Source: Chrysomallon squamiferum
Taxonomy: Eukaryota > Animalia > Mollusca
Length of the DNA: 64,000 nucleotides
Assembly (NCBI GenBank): GCA_012295275.1
Contig: CM022665.1
Span: 47,926,001-47,990,000 of the forward strand
Reading direction: 5' to 3'
The notes under the pieces are model-generated. The model saw only the letters and a list, made by a program, of their open reading frames with translations, did not search any database and was not told the DNA's origin. Shown piece after piece: positions 44,880 to 59,196 of the stretch. The stretch's first letter is position 1; every line of letters starts with the position of its first letter. A program made the translations under genes and the position numbers.

Positions 44880-45800
44880 CGACATTAATTATACATAAAT
44901 ACATTTTACATATTTCAGTTTTTCATCTGACATTAATTATAACATAAATACATTTAAAATATTTCATTATAAAATAAATACATTTTTAATATTTAATTAT
45001 AACATAAATATATTTTGTATATTTGATTATAACATAAATACATTTTGTATATTTAATTATAAATACATTTTGTATATTTCATTATAACATAATACATTTA
45101 TATATTTAATTATAACATAAATACTTTTGTATATTTGATTATAACATAAATACATTTTTAATATTTAATAACATAAATACATTTTGAATATTTGATTATA
45201 ACATAAATATATTTTTTATATTTCATTATAACATAATACATTCTGTATATTTAATTATAACATAAATACATTTTTAATATTTAATAACATAAATACATTT
45301 TGAATATTTGATTATAACATAAATATATTTTTTATATTTCATTATAACATAATACATTCTGTATATTTAATTATAACATAAATACATTTTGTATATTCCA
45401 TTATAACATAAATACATTTTGAATATTTGATTATAACATAAATATATTTTTTGTATTTCATTATAACATAATACATTCTGTATATTCCATTATAACAAAT
45501 ACTTTTGTATATTTGATTATAACATAAATACATTTTTAATATTTAATAACATAAATACATTTTGTATATTTAATTATAACATAAATACATTTTGTATATT
45601 TCATTATAACAAATACATTTTGAATATTTCATTATAACAAATACATTTTGAATATTTCATTATAACAAATACATTTTGTATATTTCATTATAACAAATAC
45701 ATTTTGTATATTTCATTATAACAAATACTTTTTGTATATTTCATTATAACATAAATACATTCTGTATATTTAATTATAATATAAATACTATTTGTATTTT
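44880..45800. repeat. ~26-30-bp AT-rich minisatellite
   Basis: attataacataaatacattttgtatattt repeated. Confidence 0.9.
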
Positions 45801-45993
45801 CCAACTTTTTGTTTAAACGATTTGTTTAAAGTTTATGCTTATATGTGATAACACGATTTATTAAATAGATAGTTTGCATACTTACATTTAAGTACTGTTC
45901 TGTTTTATAGTAAATAGTTTTAAACATATTTTTCTTAATATTTCAGTTGTATGTTTTTTAATTTTTAATTTATTTATTTATTCATTTATACTT

Positions 45994-46024
<31 letters not shown>

Positions 46025-46071
46025 TACTTTTATTTATTTATTTATTTATTTACTTGCAATTCTGTTCTATT

Positions 46072-46462
46072 TACAGTTTTAACATGTAATAATACAACTT
46101 GTTACATTTATTAATTTTAACACGTAATAAAATAACTTGTTACATATGTTATCAGTTTTAACACGTAATAATATAACTTCTTACATGTTATCAGTTTTAA
46201 CACGTAATAAGATAACTTGTTACATATGTTATCAGTTTTAACACGTAATAATATAACGTGTTACATTTGTTATCAGTTTTAACACGTAATAATATAACTT
46301 GTTGCATATGTTATCAGTTTTAACACGTAATAATATAACATATTATATATGTTATCAGTTTTAACACGTAATAAGATAACTTGTTACATATGTTATCAGT
46401 TTTAACACGTAATAAGATAACTTGCTACGTCTGGTAACAGTTTTCACACGTAATAACATAAC
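46072..46462. repeat. ~41-bp minisatellite (~9 copies)
   Basis: tgttatcagttttaacacgtaataatataacttgttacata. Confidence 0.9.
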
Positions 46463-47158
46463 TTTGTTGTTACATTTTGAATACAACGCGACATGTCATC
46501 AAAATCTCGCTGGTGCTAAACGGTTGTTCTCGAGTTGTTTTTTTTTTTTGACACTGTACACGTTGTAAAGCCGCTGTAGTAGCTGCAGTCACAGCTTGTA
46601 ACGTGCTGTTTTTTGTGATTAATCACTCGCCACTAGCAGAAAGAACAAAGTGGAGGGAAACACGACACTGAGAAACAGGAGCTGTCAGGGTCTCGCCAGT
46701 GTCCCATCTCGGTAATTGAAACTTTGACACGGTGCTATTTTCCACAGACCGCATCAACAAAGAAACATTCTCCTCTCGTACGCGACATCTGATTAAACAC
46801 CTCCGACAAATTGTGGCGAAATCTTTTTAAAAAGATATTTTAATACGTCGAGTTCTTGTATATTTGACAGTGGGCATTAACGAGATTTTAATGACAGTAA
46901 TACTGTTTTACACTCTTCTCTCCTGACAACCTTCTGTTGCTGCTGCCTGACACACTGACAGACAGACAGACAGAACATCAGTTTTATGTTGTATACAGGA
47001 AAAAAGAAGTCTTATAGAAACTGTGAAGAAAATGTGCACAATTTATATCTGACTTAATTTCATATATTTAAAATATATTATTATTATTATTATTATTGTT
47101 TTTTTATTATTGTTGTTATTATTATTATTGTTGTTGTTTTGTTTTGTTTTTTGTTGTA

Positions 47159-47209
<51 letters not shown>

Positions 47210-49789
47210 TAGTTTTATTTCATAATTTATATTAAAAAATAACTAAATAGTAAATATATAAATTATTTTATTGTGTTTTTATTAATAATTTAATTATTGA
47301 CAGTTTCCTACAAATATTTTAAAATATTATGTATTCATTTAAATATTTTATATTATTGAAAGTTTTTTTTTTTTTAATATTTTAAATAATTAATAATTTA
47401 TTTAATATTTTCTATTACTGTTAATTTTATACAAATATTATTAATAATTATCAATATTATTTAAAAGCTTAAAATCTTGGGAAGTTTGTATATTTTGTAT
47501 TACTGCACATTCACATAAATATTTTAAATCGTTTTTATTTTTATTTTATGTGCAGTTTTCAATTTTATTGTATTTTACATTGATATTTTTATTACTGTAT
47601 GTTTAAAAACCTACAGATTTTAAATTATGAATTTTACATAATTAATTCATTCATTTACATTTTATATAAATATTTTACTGGGAGTAACTATGAGGTAAAT
47701 ATTTAAAATTATTTTGTACTTGTGTTCATATTTCAAACTATTTATTAATACGAAAAGGTTTGCGTAATTTATGAACATATACATATTGTTCAATTATTGC
47801 ATATTTCACAAAAAGAAATAAATAAAATATAAAACATTTAAATGACAAATAATTCTATTTCAGGATTTTCTGTCAATATATTAACCTTTTTGTATTTTAA
47901 ATCAATAAACTAAATTATTTTTCTGATAGTTTAATACAATGTATCTGTTTATTTTACACTAATATTTTCAGTTATTGCATACTATACATTAATATTTTAA
48001 TTGTTGTTGTTTTGTTTGTATAAATAATATATTTTTTCTTTGTAATTTAATTTACTGTATTTATTATTATTTTTTTTAATCTTTACTTTTTATTTTATTT
48101 TATTTTTTCTTAAATTTTATTACTTTTTTTTAAAAATTTAATAAATTGTTAATTTAGGAATATTTTATCTAGGAATTTTTGTTCACATATATTTTTAATC
48201 AGCATATTTTAAACTAATGTATTACGTTATACTGGTAACATTTAAAACATTAAATTGCAATATGTTATACTGGTAACATATAAAATATTAAAGTACAGTA
48301 ACTATTTGACATTTTGTAACATAATCTGTGATAAATAATTACACTGTATTAAAGAGATTATTCATTTTGTGTCTTTATGTCAATAATTTGTTTAGTATTC
48401 CATCATTAATGATCAAAAGTAAGATGTTTAATCGATTTGCATAATTATTTATAACATAGAACAGAGTGTTTATATACTTTTTCTGTTTAGTTTTTATGAT
48501 TGTAATAAAATTTTCTCTCATGATTTTTTTTTTTTTTGTCAGATGTTGAGCGTAGTGATGAATATTTTATCAAAGCAACCTGTAGAATGTGAACTTTGTA
48601 ATGATCTGTCCAGCAGGCGGGTTTATTCACAGAAAATCATAAACACGATGACGTTACACAGCACCTTCCGTCTGATTAGACACAAAGGAAATACGGGCAG
48701 TTAAAAAAGCTTTATCTAGTACCTCAGTCGTGTTTCTTCATTATCTGCGAGAACGCCAGTGTATGAATATGAACTGGAAGCGACAGTGATTTAGTGTAGA
48801 AATATGATTAGGTTTTAATGTGGCGCAGTCGGGAACGAGGCGCAGCTCGCCTGCGTTTTTTGTGTCTTGTAACATTAAGTGGAGCAGGTTTAGATGTTTA
48901 ATGAGGGTGTATATGAAGTGACTAGACACGCCTCATAAAGCAGACAATCAAACCGCTCTGCCTGCTTCCCTCGTTACCCAACCATCGCCTGCTTCACAAA
49001 CCACGCCGTCCCAGCCGTGCGAGCTTCCCGCTGACGTCGTGCATTGTGAGACGCTGCATGCCGAGCGCTGTCGCATTCACGGAGCTGACTGAACTTACGG
49101 GTGTGTGTGATGAAACTTATGCCGCTTTATCTACGTCCTACCTATGAGCACATAAAGTGCGCAACCCGCTGAGTTTCAAACTTGAGACATCTTCTCAGAA
49201 ACGCCATTACAAGTGCGAGCCTCGGCCAGCAAACAGAGAGAGTTTTGTCAGTCGCCGCGGGACCCCGTGCAAGATGTCGACCACGGCAGCCTCGTCGTTT
49301 CAAAGATCAAATATCGCATACTCAGGACGGAAAGCCGTCGGGTTGCTGAAAGCTCGCTGTGGGCCGACAGACAAAAGAAAACTTCCTTCCATAAGGTGGA
49401 GTGAATAATGAGCGAGCCCCTCGACAAAACATTCTCATCTCTCGACACAACAGACTGGAACAGCGGGCGGGGCAAGCGTCCGCTCTTCTTACTTTAATTT
49501 CACTCGCCGATCTCAAATACCATGAAAAGACTTACTTTTCACTGATACCCGACTTAAGTGGACACTTTTTTCACAGACAACTGTGTAATATTGTTCCCGA
49601 CTGAAACCGTACATTTCTCGTTACACTGTGCATTGAGAGGTAACCACGCTGAAAACCTCGCTTTGACTGCACGGCGAGAAGGCGACAGCCCAGAGAGGTG
49701 AATTTCTCACAGAGTTAACAAACACAAAGCAGCACTCAGTGAAAACACCTCGCAATTCCACTTTGTCGCCGCCAGTCTTTAAACACCGC

Positions 49790-49972
49790 TTTACTTTGAA
49801 ACTGTAACTTCTAAACGTCGTGACACAACACCTTCTGTCACTCTTTTATCCCGTTCCAGATTCACTCTTTTTTACTTTAACTCACGTCTCCTTTACTTTG
49901 ACACGGTAACTTCTAAACGTCACGACACAACACCTACTGTCACTTTTATCCCGTTCCGGCTTCACTCTTTTT
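49790..49972. repeat. ~100-bp direct duplication
   Basis: ctttactttga..gtaacttctaaacgtc..gacacaacacct..ttttatcccgttcc..ttcactctttt twice. Confidence 0.8.
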
Positions 49973-50540
49973 CAATTTTCGTTTTTACCTGTGCATACTA
50001 TTACTACTAATAATAATACTAATACAAATACTACCACTCCTGTTACTACTGCTACTACTAATACTACTGCTATTGCTACTACTGTTGCTGCTGCTGCCAC
50101 TTGGACTGCTAATACTACTACTGCTATTGCAACTATAGCTACTGCTGCTGCTACTACATCTATTGCAACTACAATTAACTGCTACTAATAATAATAAATA
50201 TAATAATAAAACGCATTTTTAAAAAGAATATATATATATTAAATGTGTATATGAGACATCAGAAAATACACATTATATCAGTATTTGTTTTATAAGAGAT
50301 CAGTGAAAGTGTGGCGTTCATACACTTGTTTATCCTACAAACAATAAAAGAAAAACGAAATAATGAGCTGACAAGGAGGAACCAAACTGATGTAGATTAT
50401 TTTCAGTAACATCCTCGCGTAATTTCGTGCTCTAGTGGACAGTATTCTAGGACCAGGGACTGCGTGTCATCAGTAAGTCCATGAGATGTGTATCTACCCA
50501 AAGAACAGAGCAGATCTACTTGATATATTTTCTACAGTTA

Positions 50541-50587
<47 letters not shown>

Positions 50588-52354
50588 ATATTCTAGTATG
50601 TTGCATTACTTCAGTCTGGGTGGTTTGATAACAACACAGTTTCTCTCTCACACTTGTTAAAAGTAAAAACAACTCAGAATATAAAAACATCTTTGTTCGC
50701 CTCATTTCACACAAAACTGTTCAGTTAATTTCCTCTCTGCCCGGCTCTGTTTTCTCAACTCTCAGCTGTTTTGTCAGCGAGTTTGTTAACACGTAATTCG
50801 ACTACCGCTGTTACACGACACGAAACACTGTTTATCAAAAATGTTTTTTTTTTAATAAAGTGAGCAGCTCACACTCGAGGAAATATTCTACTGATTGTCT
50901 CTTTTGTGAATATTTAAAAAAAAAAAATTACCTGTGAGAGAAAAAACTCGATATTAAACTCAGTCTGGTGGTATTACACACACCAGTGCATATACAAACA
51001 TCTGAAGGCGAAATAACATCAGTATGCTATGCTTTCTAACGCATTTTTTCAATATGGCGGCGGGGAGATGTAGCAGAAGGTTTTTACCTCAGACGACGTT
51101 GTCGACTGGTTTGGTCTGTTGATGAATTAACGTTAATAATGCCACAGCATGTCTCGTGTTATTTCACTCACACACTCAATACCACAGCAAGCCTCGCTGT
51201 ATCACAACCATATTTACTCCTTCACTCCGTATTTTATTACACCATCACACTTCTTTAATATCACTGCTTTACCGCTGTTGTCGTTTTTATTGTTGGTGTT
51301 GCTGTTCTTGGTGTTGTATTTGTTTCAGTTTTCTAGTTGTTGTTGTTATTATAATGATTATTGTTGTTGTTTCTTTTTTTTTTGTTGTTATTATTGTCGT
51401 TGTTGTTGTTGTGTATGATGATGTTGAAAACAGTGTGGCAGTAATAGATTGATAAGGAAACAAGGAAAATAAACCAAAAAGAAATGAGAACAAAAAATTA
51501 AAACGACGATATTTCTAAAAACTAATGTCAGACAATTTATCGTTTCATAAAAAAAAAAAATCAAAAAAAAAAAAAAAAAAAATCAACAAAACAACCCCAC
51601 CCGAAAAAAAGCCACGAAACATTAAATAAGAAACTATTTCATTTTCACTGTTAGAACGTCAGACAAAATATCTACACCTTTCGCCCTCATAAGGTCAGTC
51701 AACACTTGTACCTGTGATGCTTTTTCTATTTCTAAACGTAGTAAACTGATACAAAGCAAACTCGTGTGACAGACGCGTTCTCTGTGAAATGTACTGACCG
51801 TCATTACCGACATTTGATGCTACCAGTATTCAACAAAACAAAATTATTTTCTGTTTGTGATTCGATGCTTCTCGTCAGTCCAGCAGCGAACTCATAATTA
51901 AAACTGTTATAATTAACATAACTATAACTCATAATTAAAACTGGTTTTAGACTCTGCAATCAATTTGTTTTATTTATGCGCTATGATTTTTCTTCATTTT
52001 AACAGTGACTAACATTTTTAAAATGATATTTTAAAAAAGGTTTAATATGAACACAATTAAAAATAGTAATTAATTAATTAATTAATTAAATAATTAATTG
52101 CAATAAAATAAATAAAGTTTACTGTCTCTAGTGATATATTTATTCTTGAATTACGGTGTCATTTATGTTTCCAGACAAAACGTTGTAACGTTCTTGTTTC
52201 CATTTCTGGTAATTTAATATTTTGTTCCTGACAAATTACCGCATACAAATTTCTCTTCATCACTTCATTAGTGGATATTTTTAAAAACAAATTTTAGTCT
52301 TCGACTTCCTCTTGTAACAAGTTCTTTCTAGAACAAACACTGGAATTTTGTTAA

Positions 52355-52436
<82 letters not shown>

Positions 52437-52985
52437 GATAATTAAACAGGATGGCTTTGGGGGAATTACTGTACGTGTATATTGATTATTTCATTTTAAG
52501 TCTTCATTTTTGCCAGTTAAAAACAATTTCGTATATCTAGGTGAAATCAAAGTAAGCAGGGAAACTGTGTTTCATTGTTAACTGAAAGTTTTTGTGGTTC
52601 TAGGTAACTGCTGTATATGAAAACTGTAAAACTTATATTTATTGTCTTTTTCTCTAATCCGTTTCTTATGAAGAATCATTTTATCTGCTTCATTTTTAGT
52701 TACCTCCAATCACCATTTTATATAATATTTTATCTTAATAAAATATTTCATTTTATATAAAATTATGTCTGTCTTTTTAAAATGGATTATTCTAATCAAT
52801 TAAATGTAGAAGAGGTGATTGTTATCATTTTTCCGCTTATCAATATTTACCTTTTTAATCTAGATATTTGTTTTTTGTTCTTGACTTTTTCTTCTATTTT
52901 TATCTTTATTTTTTTTTTCTCCATATTCAAGAAAATCATTTCACTTAGATCAAAATATGTAGCTAGAGTCGTGGCTAAGTCTTTC

Positions 52986-53082
52986 ATCTGAGTGTCTGTT
53001 GATAATCTGAGTGTCTGTTGATAATCTGAGTGTCTGTTGATAATCTGAGTGTCTGTTGATAATCTGAGTCCCTGTTGATAAT
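52986..53082. repeat. 19-bp tandem repeat (~5 copies)
   Basis: atctgagtgtctgttgata repeated. Confidence 0.88.
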
Positions 53083-54030
53083 TCTAAGACCAGTGATGTA
53101 CTTTTACAATATATATAAACATATATATTGTAAAACAAACTGACATCTGCAGCAATATTCCATTTTATTAACGTTTTATTATTTTTAATGCAAGAAACAA
53201 ACTAAAATAAACAGAAATGTTAACTAGTCAAACTTAGAAAGCTCAGAAGGTATAAGAAGTTTATATTCGTACAGAAAAACATTTTAATCCTTTACGAAAG
53301 ACGAATTATAAAACCTGTACTGTGATAATCAGTTACGTTAAATGTTTCAGTTTGACTAATTTAAACAATATCACGGGTAGCTGTGTATTTGTTACACGTT
53401 CTCATTCTACAGACGATTTACACTTTGCACCTCACAAACTGCAGTTTATTTCAAGTTACTTTACACGATGTAAAACGTGTACTGTTTCAGACAATGGAAA
53501 TATCTTTTTAAAACGTTTTTGTAAAATTCTTCTTCAAGCCACTCACAGCCTGAACTAGTTTTCATGTTTCTAAAATACTTCGTCCAGAGAAATACGTTTT
53601 CGCAACTTTCGAAGAATTACTTCATAAGATGTTGTTATTGTTCTTTTCATTTTTTCCTCTTTTTTTCTTTCTTTTCTGACTGTTTAATGTATTTACAACA
53701 AATTTTTACGCAAGATGGAGTTTTATTTTTTTATTATTATTATTTTTTTTTTAAGTGATCACCAGTATTTTGTTTAAATTTCGGTAAGTTTTAAACTTTT
53801 GTCGTTAAAAATGACTGAGATTATTATGTTTTAGTGTTCTTCTTGTTTAATTCTTTCCTTCGTTTTCTTTTCTCCCTTTGTTGTATCATATAACAGTCTT
53901 TGTAAATATTCTTCCTTTTACTTATTTGCTTATTTACTTATTTATTTATTTATTTATTTATTTTTCCTTCCGTGTTTTCTTTTATTGTTTCTTTAACTTT
54001 TACTGTAAATGATTATGATTATGATTATTA

Positions 54031-54100
<70 letters not shown>

Positions 54101-54559
54101 TTATTATTATAAATACTGTTACTAGTATTATTCTTAATATTATTATTATTATTATTTTTATTATTACTACAACTATTACTGTCATTATTATTATTACAGT
54201 TATTATTATTATTATTATAGTTGTTGTTGTTGTTGTTGTTGCTGCTGTTGTTTTGTTTTACATATTCCACAGCAAACAAATTCAAATTATAATAATAAAA
54301 TTATTGTATTTGTGTGACTATATTATTATTACACAAAACTATTGTTATACTCTTTACTACACATTTTATTACAAATATTTTGTTTTTATTTATTTTATCA
54401 GTATATGTTTTATTTTTTCTGTAATACACTGTAATAGTGTGTGATATTAATTACATTTAAGTGTATCATAAGCTATGTATTATACTGTGTCATATAATGT
54501 GGTGAAATTTAAAACTATTGTATGAAAAATGTTTAACATGATGTGTGGTAACATACTTA

Positions 54560-55245
54560 ATATTGTGTACGATGAAATATACAATATTCTCTGTGATAAA
54601 ATATATAAAATAGTTTACGATAAAATATAAAACATTGTTTGTATAAAAATTATTAAATATTATTTATGATTAAATATATAATATTGATTATAATAAAATA
54701 TTTACATTTATGATAAAAAATTTAATGTTACTTATGATTAAATATTTAATAATGTTTATGATGAAATATTTAATTTCATATATGATAAAATATTTAGCAT
54801 TATTTATGATAAAACATTTAATATTGTTTATGATAAATTTGTAACATTATTTATGATAATATACATAATATTGCCTGTGACAGAATATTTAATATTATTT
54901 ATGTTAAATGTGTAATACAGTTTATAATGAAATATTTAATTTTGTTTATGATAAAATATTTAACATTGTTCATGATAATGTATAACATTATTTATGATAA
55001 ATGTATAATATTATTTATGATAAATGTATAATATTTAATGAAATATTTAACATTGTTCATGATAATGTATAACATTATTTATGATAAATGTATAATATTT
55101 AATGAAATATTTAATATTGTTCGTGATAATGTATAACATTATTTATGATAAATGTATAATATTATTTATGATAAATGTATAATATTATTTATGATAAATG
55201 TATAAGATATTTATGATAAAATATATAATATGATAAATTATTTAA
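54560..55245. repeat. Degenerate AT-rich ~24-bp repeat
   Basis: ttatgataaa..tataatatt repeated. Confidence 0.75.
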
Positions 55246-55603
55246 CACAGTGTGATATAAGAGATATTCGGTAGTAAATGTAATATACAGTAACAGTGTG
55301 TAATTTAAATAAAGTTGTTGTATAAGACAATATTAACTTGTTAACAAAGCACAAACTGTTTCCGAGAAAAACTCAAATAAATGAATTTTTTAATCATGTG
55401 TTTTCTATGTAATCACTCGTCCATGTAAATAATTAATGAAAGTATTCAAACACAATTTCTGTGTATGTTTAATTAAACTGCATTTCAACAGAAATAAATT
55501 ATCTCAGCGTGTATTTAATTAATAATTAAATACTGCAGCTATCGTAAACACAAACATCTTTTAAATAGTTAAATATACTGATAAATTTTAATACCAATTT
55601 TGT

Positions 55604-55644
<41 letters not shown>

Positions 55645-55777
55645 TCAGTGAGATAATGAAGTTATTAAAATAACGAGCTTTGAAACTACAGATTTCACTG
55701 TAGCTAAATTTAAGTTTGAAACTCACTCTCTACAGAATTCGTCTTGCAGAAAACAGTGACATCATAGTTAATAAAGT

Positions 55778-55783
55778 TTTATT
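55778..55783 (-). terminator. Candidate polyadenylation signal AATAAA for the second Olig gene
   Basis: tttatt on + strand about 240 nt past the stop codon; motif only. Confidence 0.4.
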
Positions 55784-56020
55784 CAAAAACAAGGCACGGT
55801 TAAAAAGGAAAAACAATAAATATAATTTATATAAAAAATAACTTTCTCCGTGTACCATCAGGAAGACGTCTAACAACACATCAGCTACCATTACGTCAGA
55901 GTTAAAAAAATACTTCTTCAAGAAATATAGTCTAAATCTGTAGAGAACATTAAACTCGATGAAACAAAAACTAAAGTTTGTTGTTAAGAAAACTCACATG
56001 ATTTTTTTTCAGTTATAACG

Positions 56021-56743
56021 TTATTTTCTGAATGTCGTTGCTGCAGTAAACTTCCCTGCGTACGTGGGCACAGGGGACCGCACCATGTCCGTCGTACACT
56101 GTGAACATGCACAAGGGGCGGGCCAACGCCCAAATCCTGGCGATCTCTCTGTGTGTAGGGACGGAGGGGAGGTTATGGCCGTGGGGGTGGAATCGCGACA
56201 GAAGTCGTGAGAGGAGAGTCCTGGGATCGGGTGAGCCATCGCCGGCAACATGGACAACATGGAGAGCTGTGCGTGCGGCAGAGGCGAGTGGTGCGCGTGC
56301 GGGCTCAGAGCTCCTGCACGTGCACTGCGATGTGAGCTGTAGACGTCGGTGATGAGTTTCTTCATCTCCTCCAGCGAGCTGTTCAGCATCAGGATGTAGT
56401 TCCTCGCCAGCAGCAGCGTGGCTATCTTTGACAGCTTCCTCACTGACGGGCCGTGCGCGTACGGCATCACGTCCCGGAGTCCGTCCAGCGCCGAGTTCAA
56501 GTCGTGCATGCGCCGTCTCTCCCTCCCGTTTATCTTCAGCCGCAGGTCCTGCAGCTCGTTCTCTGACAGACTCCTCTCTCCGTGCGAGCCCTTCCTCCTC
56601 GCCTTCGATGAGCACTTCGACCTCGGCGACGACGTCGTTGTCGACCGCTCGTCTGATCCAGAGCTTGAGTCGCAGTCCACGGAGATGTGTTCATTGTCGC
56701 TGACGCTGCCGACGTTACAAAACTCTTCTCGTTCTTCGGCCAT
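56021..56743 (-). CDS. Olig-family bHLH transcription factor (OLIG2/OLIG3-like, 240 aa, intronless CDS)
   Basis: b[68 protein letters not shown] is nearly identical to recalled vertebrate OLIG3/OLIG2; C-terminal [10 protein letters not shown] matches the WxxxPCxCxxC motif; GC-rich codon usage. Confidence 0.96.
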   Translation of the reverse strand: MAEEREEFCNVGSVSDNEHISVDCDSSSGSDERSTTTSSPRSKCSSKARRKGSHGERSLSENELQDLRLKINGRERRRMHDLNSALDGLRDVMPYAHGPSVRKLSKIATLLLARNYILMLNSSLEEMKKLITDVYSSHRSARAGALSPHAHHSPLPHAQLSMLSMLPAMAHPIPGLSSHDFCRDSTPTAITSPPSLHTERSPGFGRWPAPCACSQCTTDMVRSPVPTYAGKFTAATTFRK

Positions 56744-56756
56744 TGCTAAATTAACA

Positions 56757-57072
56757 TCACAACACCAGTGTAATTAACAGTTCATCAACTCAGTCACAAC
56801 ACCAGTGTTATTAACAGTTCATCAACTCAGTCACAACACCAGTGTTATTAACAGTTCATCAACTCAGTCACAACACCAGTGTTATTAACAGTTCATCAAC
56901 TCAGTCACAACACCAGTGTTATTAACAGTTCATCAACTCAGTCACAACACCAGTGTTATTAACAGTTCATCAACTCAGTCACAACACCAGTGTTATTAAC
57001 AGTTCATCAACTCAGTCACAACACCAGTGTTATTAACAGTTCATCAACTCAGTCACAACACCAGTGTATTAA
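56757..57072. repeat. 37-bp minisatellite (~8.5 copies) immediately upstream of the Olig ATG
   Basis: tcacaacaccagtgttattaacagttcatcaactcag at 56794, 56831, 56868... Confidence 0.95.
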
Positions 57073-57074
57073 GA

Positions 57075-57460
57075 GTTACTTCTGAAATCTCTAAACTCAA
57101 ACACAGTACAATTCACAGGTATTTCAGAAGTTCATCAACTCAAATACAGTACAGTTCACAATTACTTCTGAAGCTTATGAAGTGAAATAGTTATTTCTGA
57201 AGTCTGTAAACTCAGACATATTGCAATTCACAGTTATTTCTGAAGTTTATCACAACAAACAATTATTTCATAAACTCAAACACAAAATCAATACAAATGA
57301 CAGTTACTTCTGAAGTTCACAAACTGAAACACAATACAGCTGACAGTTACTTCTGAAGTTCACAAACTGAAACACAGTACTAATGACAGTTACTTCTGAA
57401 GTTCACAAACTGAAACACAGTACAGCTGACAGTTACTTCTGAAGTTCTCAAAGTGAAACG
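57075..57460. repeat. ~43-bp repeat, diverged to near-perfect copies
   Basis: tgacagttacttctgaagttcacaaactgaaacacagtac x4 plus degenerate copies. Confidence 0.8.
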
Positions 57461-57589
57461 CGCTAGCTCTGTGTGGAAGAGCAAACTTCTCGTCCTGTCA
57501 GAAAGATGACACACTGAATCTTCCTCAGTCGCTTTCTCACGTGTTAACAAAAGACGTTTAGTGTGAACGACAGTAATCCCGCTCCCACA

Positions 57590-57800
57590 TCCCACTTGTA
57601 TCAGTTCTATAATACATCCACTCAAGTGGACAAGAGAGGTGGATTAGCAGCTAGGGGTGGGACCGTTGTGCGAAGGCGACCAATCAAACTAATCGCTGAT
57701 CCAGCTGTCTGGGGTAGTCTTCGCCCGAGGATGGACGCCAAGCCGTCAGTCACTGAGAATATCGCGTTCCACGTCAGCTCTCCGAGTACTTCTACTTCAT
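57590..57800 (-). promoter_or_regulatory. Putative promoter of second Olig gene
   Basis: CpG-rich patch with ggggtggga (~57654), gaccaatca (~57678), cagctg E-box (~57702). Confidence 0.35.
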
Positions 57801-59136
57801 CCAGCGATCATTTATACAATATGAAAGATTATTAAAACAGGATATTTTATTTTTAAAAAAATGTTAGATGTCTTATGGGGGGGATTGTGTAGTTTTGCTT
57901 CTTTTTGGGTTTTTTTTTTGTTTGTTTACCTATGAAATAATGACTTGTCGCATTCTAAAATTAATTACATTCGTCAACAACGAAAAATAACTTTACATAT
58001 CTTACTAAATATGTCAACAGTGAAACTGAACGTATTTTGTTAATGTTGTTGATCCGCAACATTAACAATCACAGATATTATTAACTGTTAATTCTATACT
58101 GAAATACAACACTAAGGTTTGAAAAAAAAAAATTGTTTATTAATAATTCTAAACATTACACAAATATATCTTTGAGCTTTGTAATTATTAATTCTAAGCT
58201 TTATATAAAAAAAAAAATATGTAAGTTTTGTGTTTAAGTTTTGTGTTTTCATTAAGTCTAAATTTTTATAACTAATTCTAAAATATATACAAATACAACT
58301 GTAAATTTTGTAATATCTAATTCTAAACGTTGCACAAATACAACTGTGAATTTTTTGATTATTAATTATAAACTTTTCACAAATACAACTGTGAGATTTG
58401 TAATTATTAATTCTAAACGTTACACAAATAAAACTGTGCTAACTAACTATAATAATTAATTATAAAAGTTACACATGTACATCTATGATTTTTATTAATT
58501 ATTCTCAAGCAGGCGACAGCTGTCAGTCTTGTAAATACAAAGGACTGAAGTTTATTTTGTGTGTCATTATTTCAACTGTATGTCCAATATGAACATTGCA
58601 GAAATTATACAACAAGATAAGACTTCATATTATTAAAATGTTTAAATCAAACAACAACAGTAGTAGTTGTAGAAGTAGTAGCCGTAGTAGGTGTAACAGT
58701 AGCAGCAGTAGTAGTAATGTATGCACAAATATTATTCATATTTATAATCAACAGCATACGCGCTCGCCCTTGACAAATTCGATTAAAAAATAATCTGCAT
58801 AAACGTTCAGCAAAATGTTCAGTTTGAAGCAGGAAATGAAAAAAGTATCAGAACGTTTTGTCTGAGTTTTGTGACGCAGTGTTTCTATTTTCAAGAGATG
58901 ATAAATGACAGATTGAATTACTCGAAATGCAAGACTGCATTTTACATCTGATACCCTGAGTTAACACTGTATAAGTTTATATAGTTTAATTTATTATCTA
59001 CTGATTTTGTATGTCAAAGTCTTTCCTTTACATCAAATCACAGTCAGCTTCTTCAAAACAGTTCTTACATGTGGTGTATTAACTTAATCTTTCTTTTTTT
59101 TTTTTTTTTTTTTTTTTTTAATGTATATTATTGTCC

Positions 59137-59196
<60 letters not shown>

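Noticed and set aside
56013-56777. Overlapping 200-aa, 119-aa, 91-aa and 83-aa ORFs
   Set aside because: Shadow frames of the GC-rich Olig CDS.
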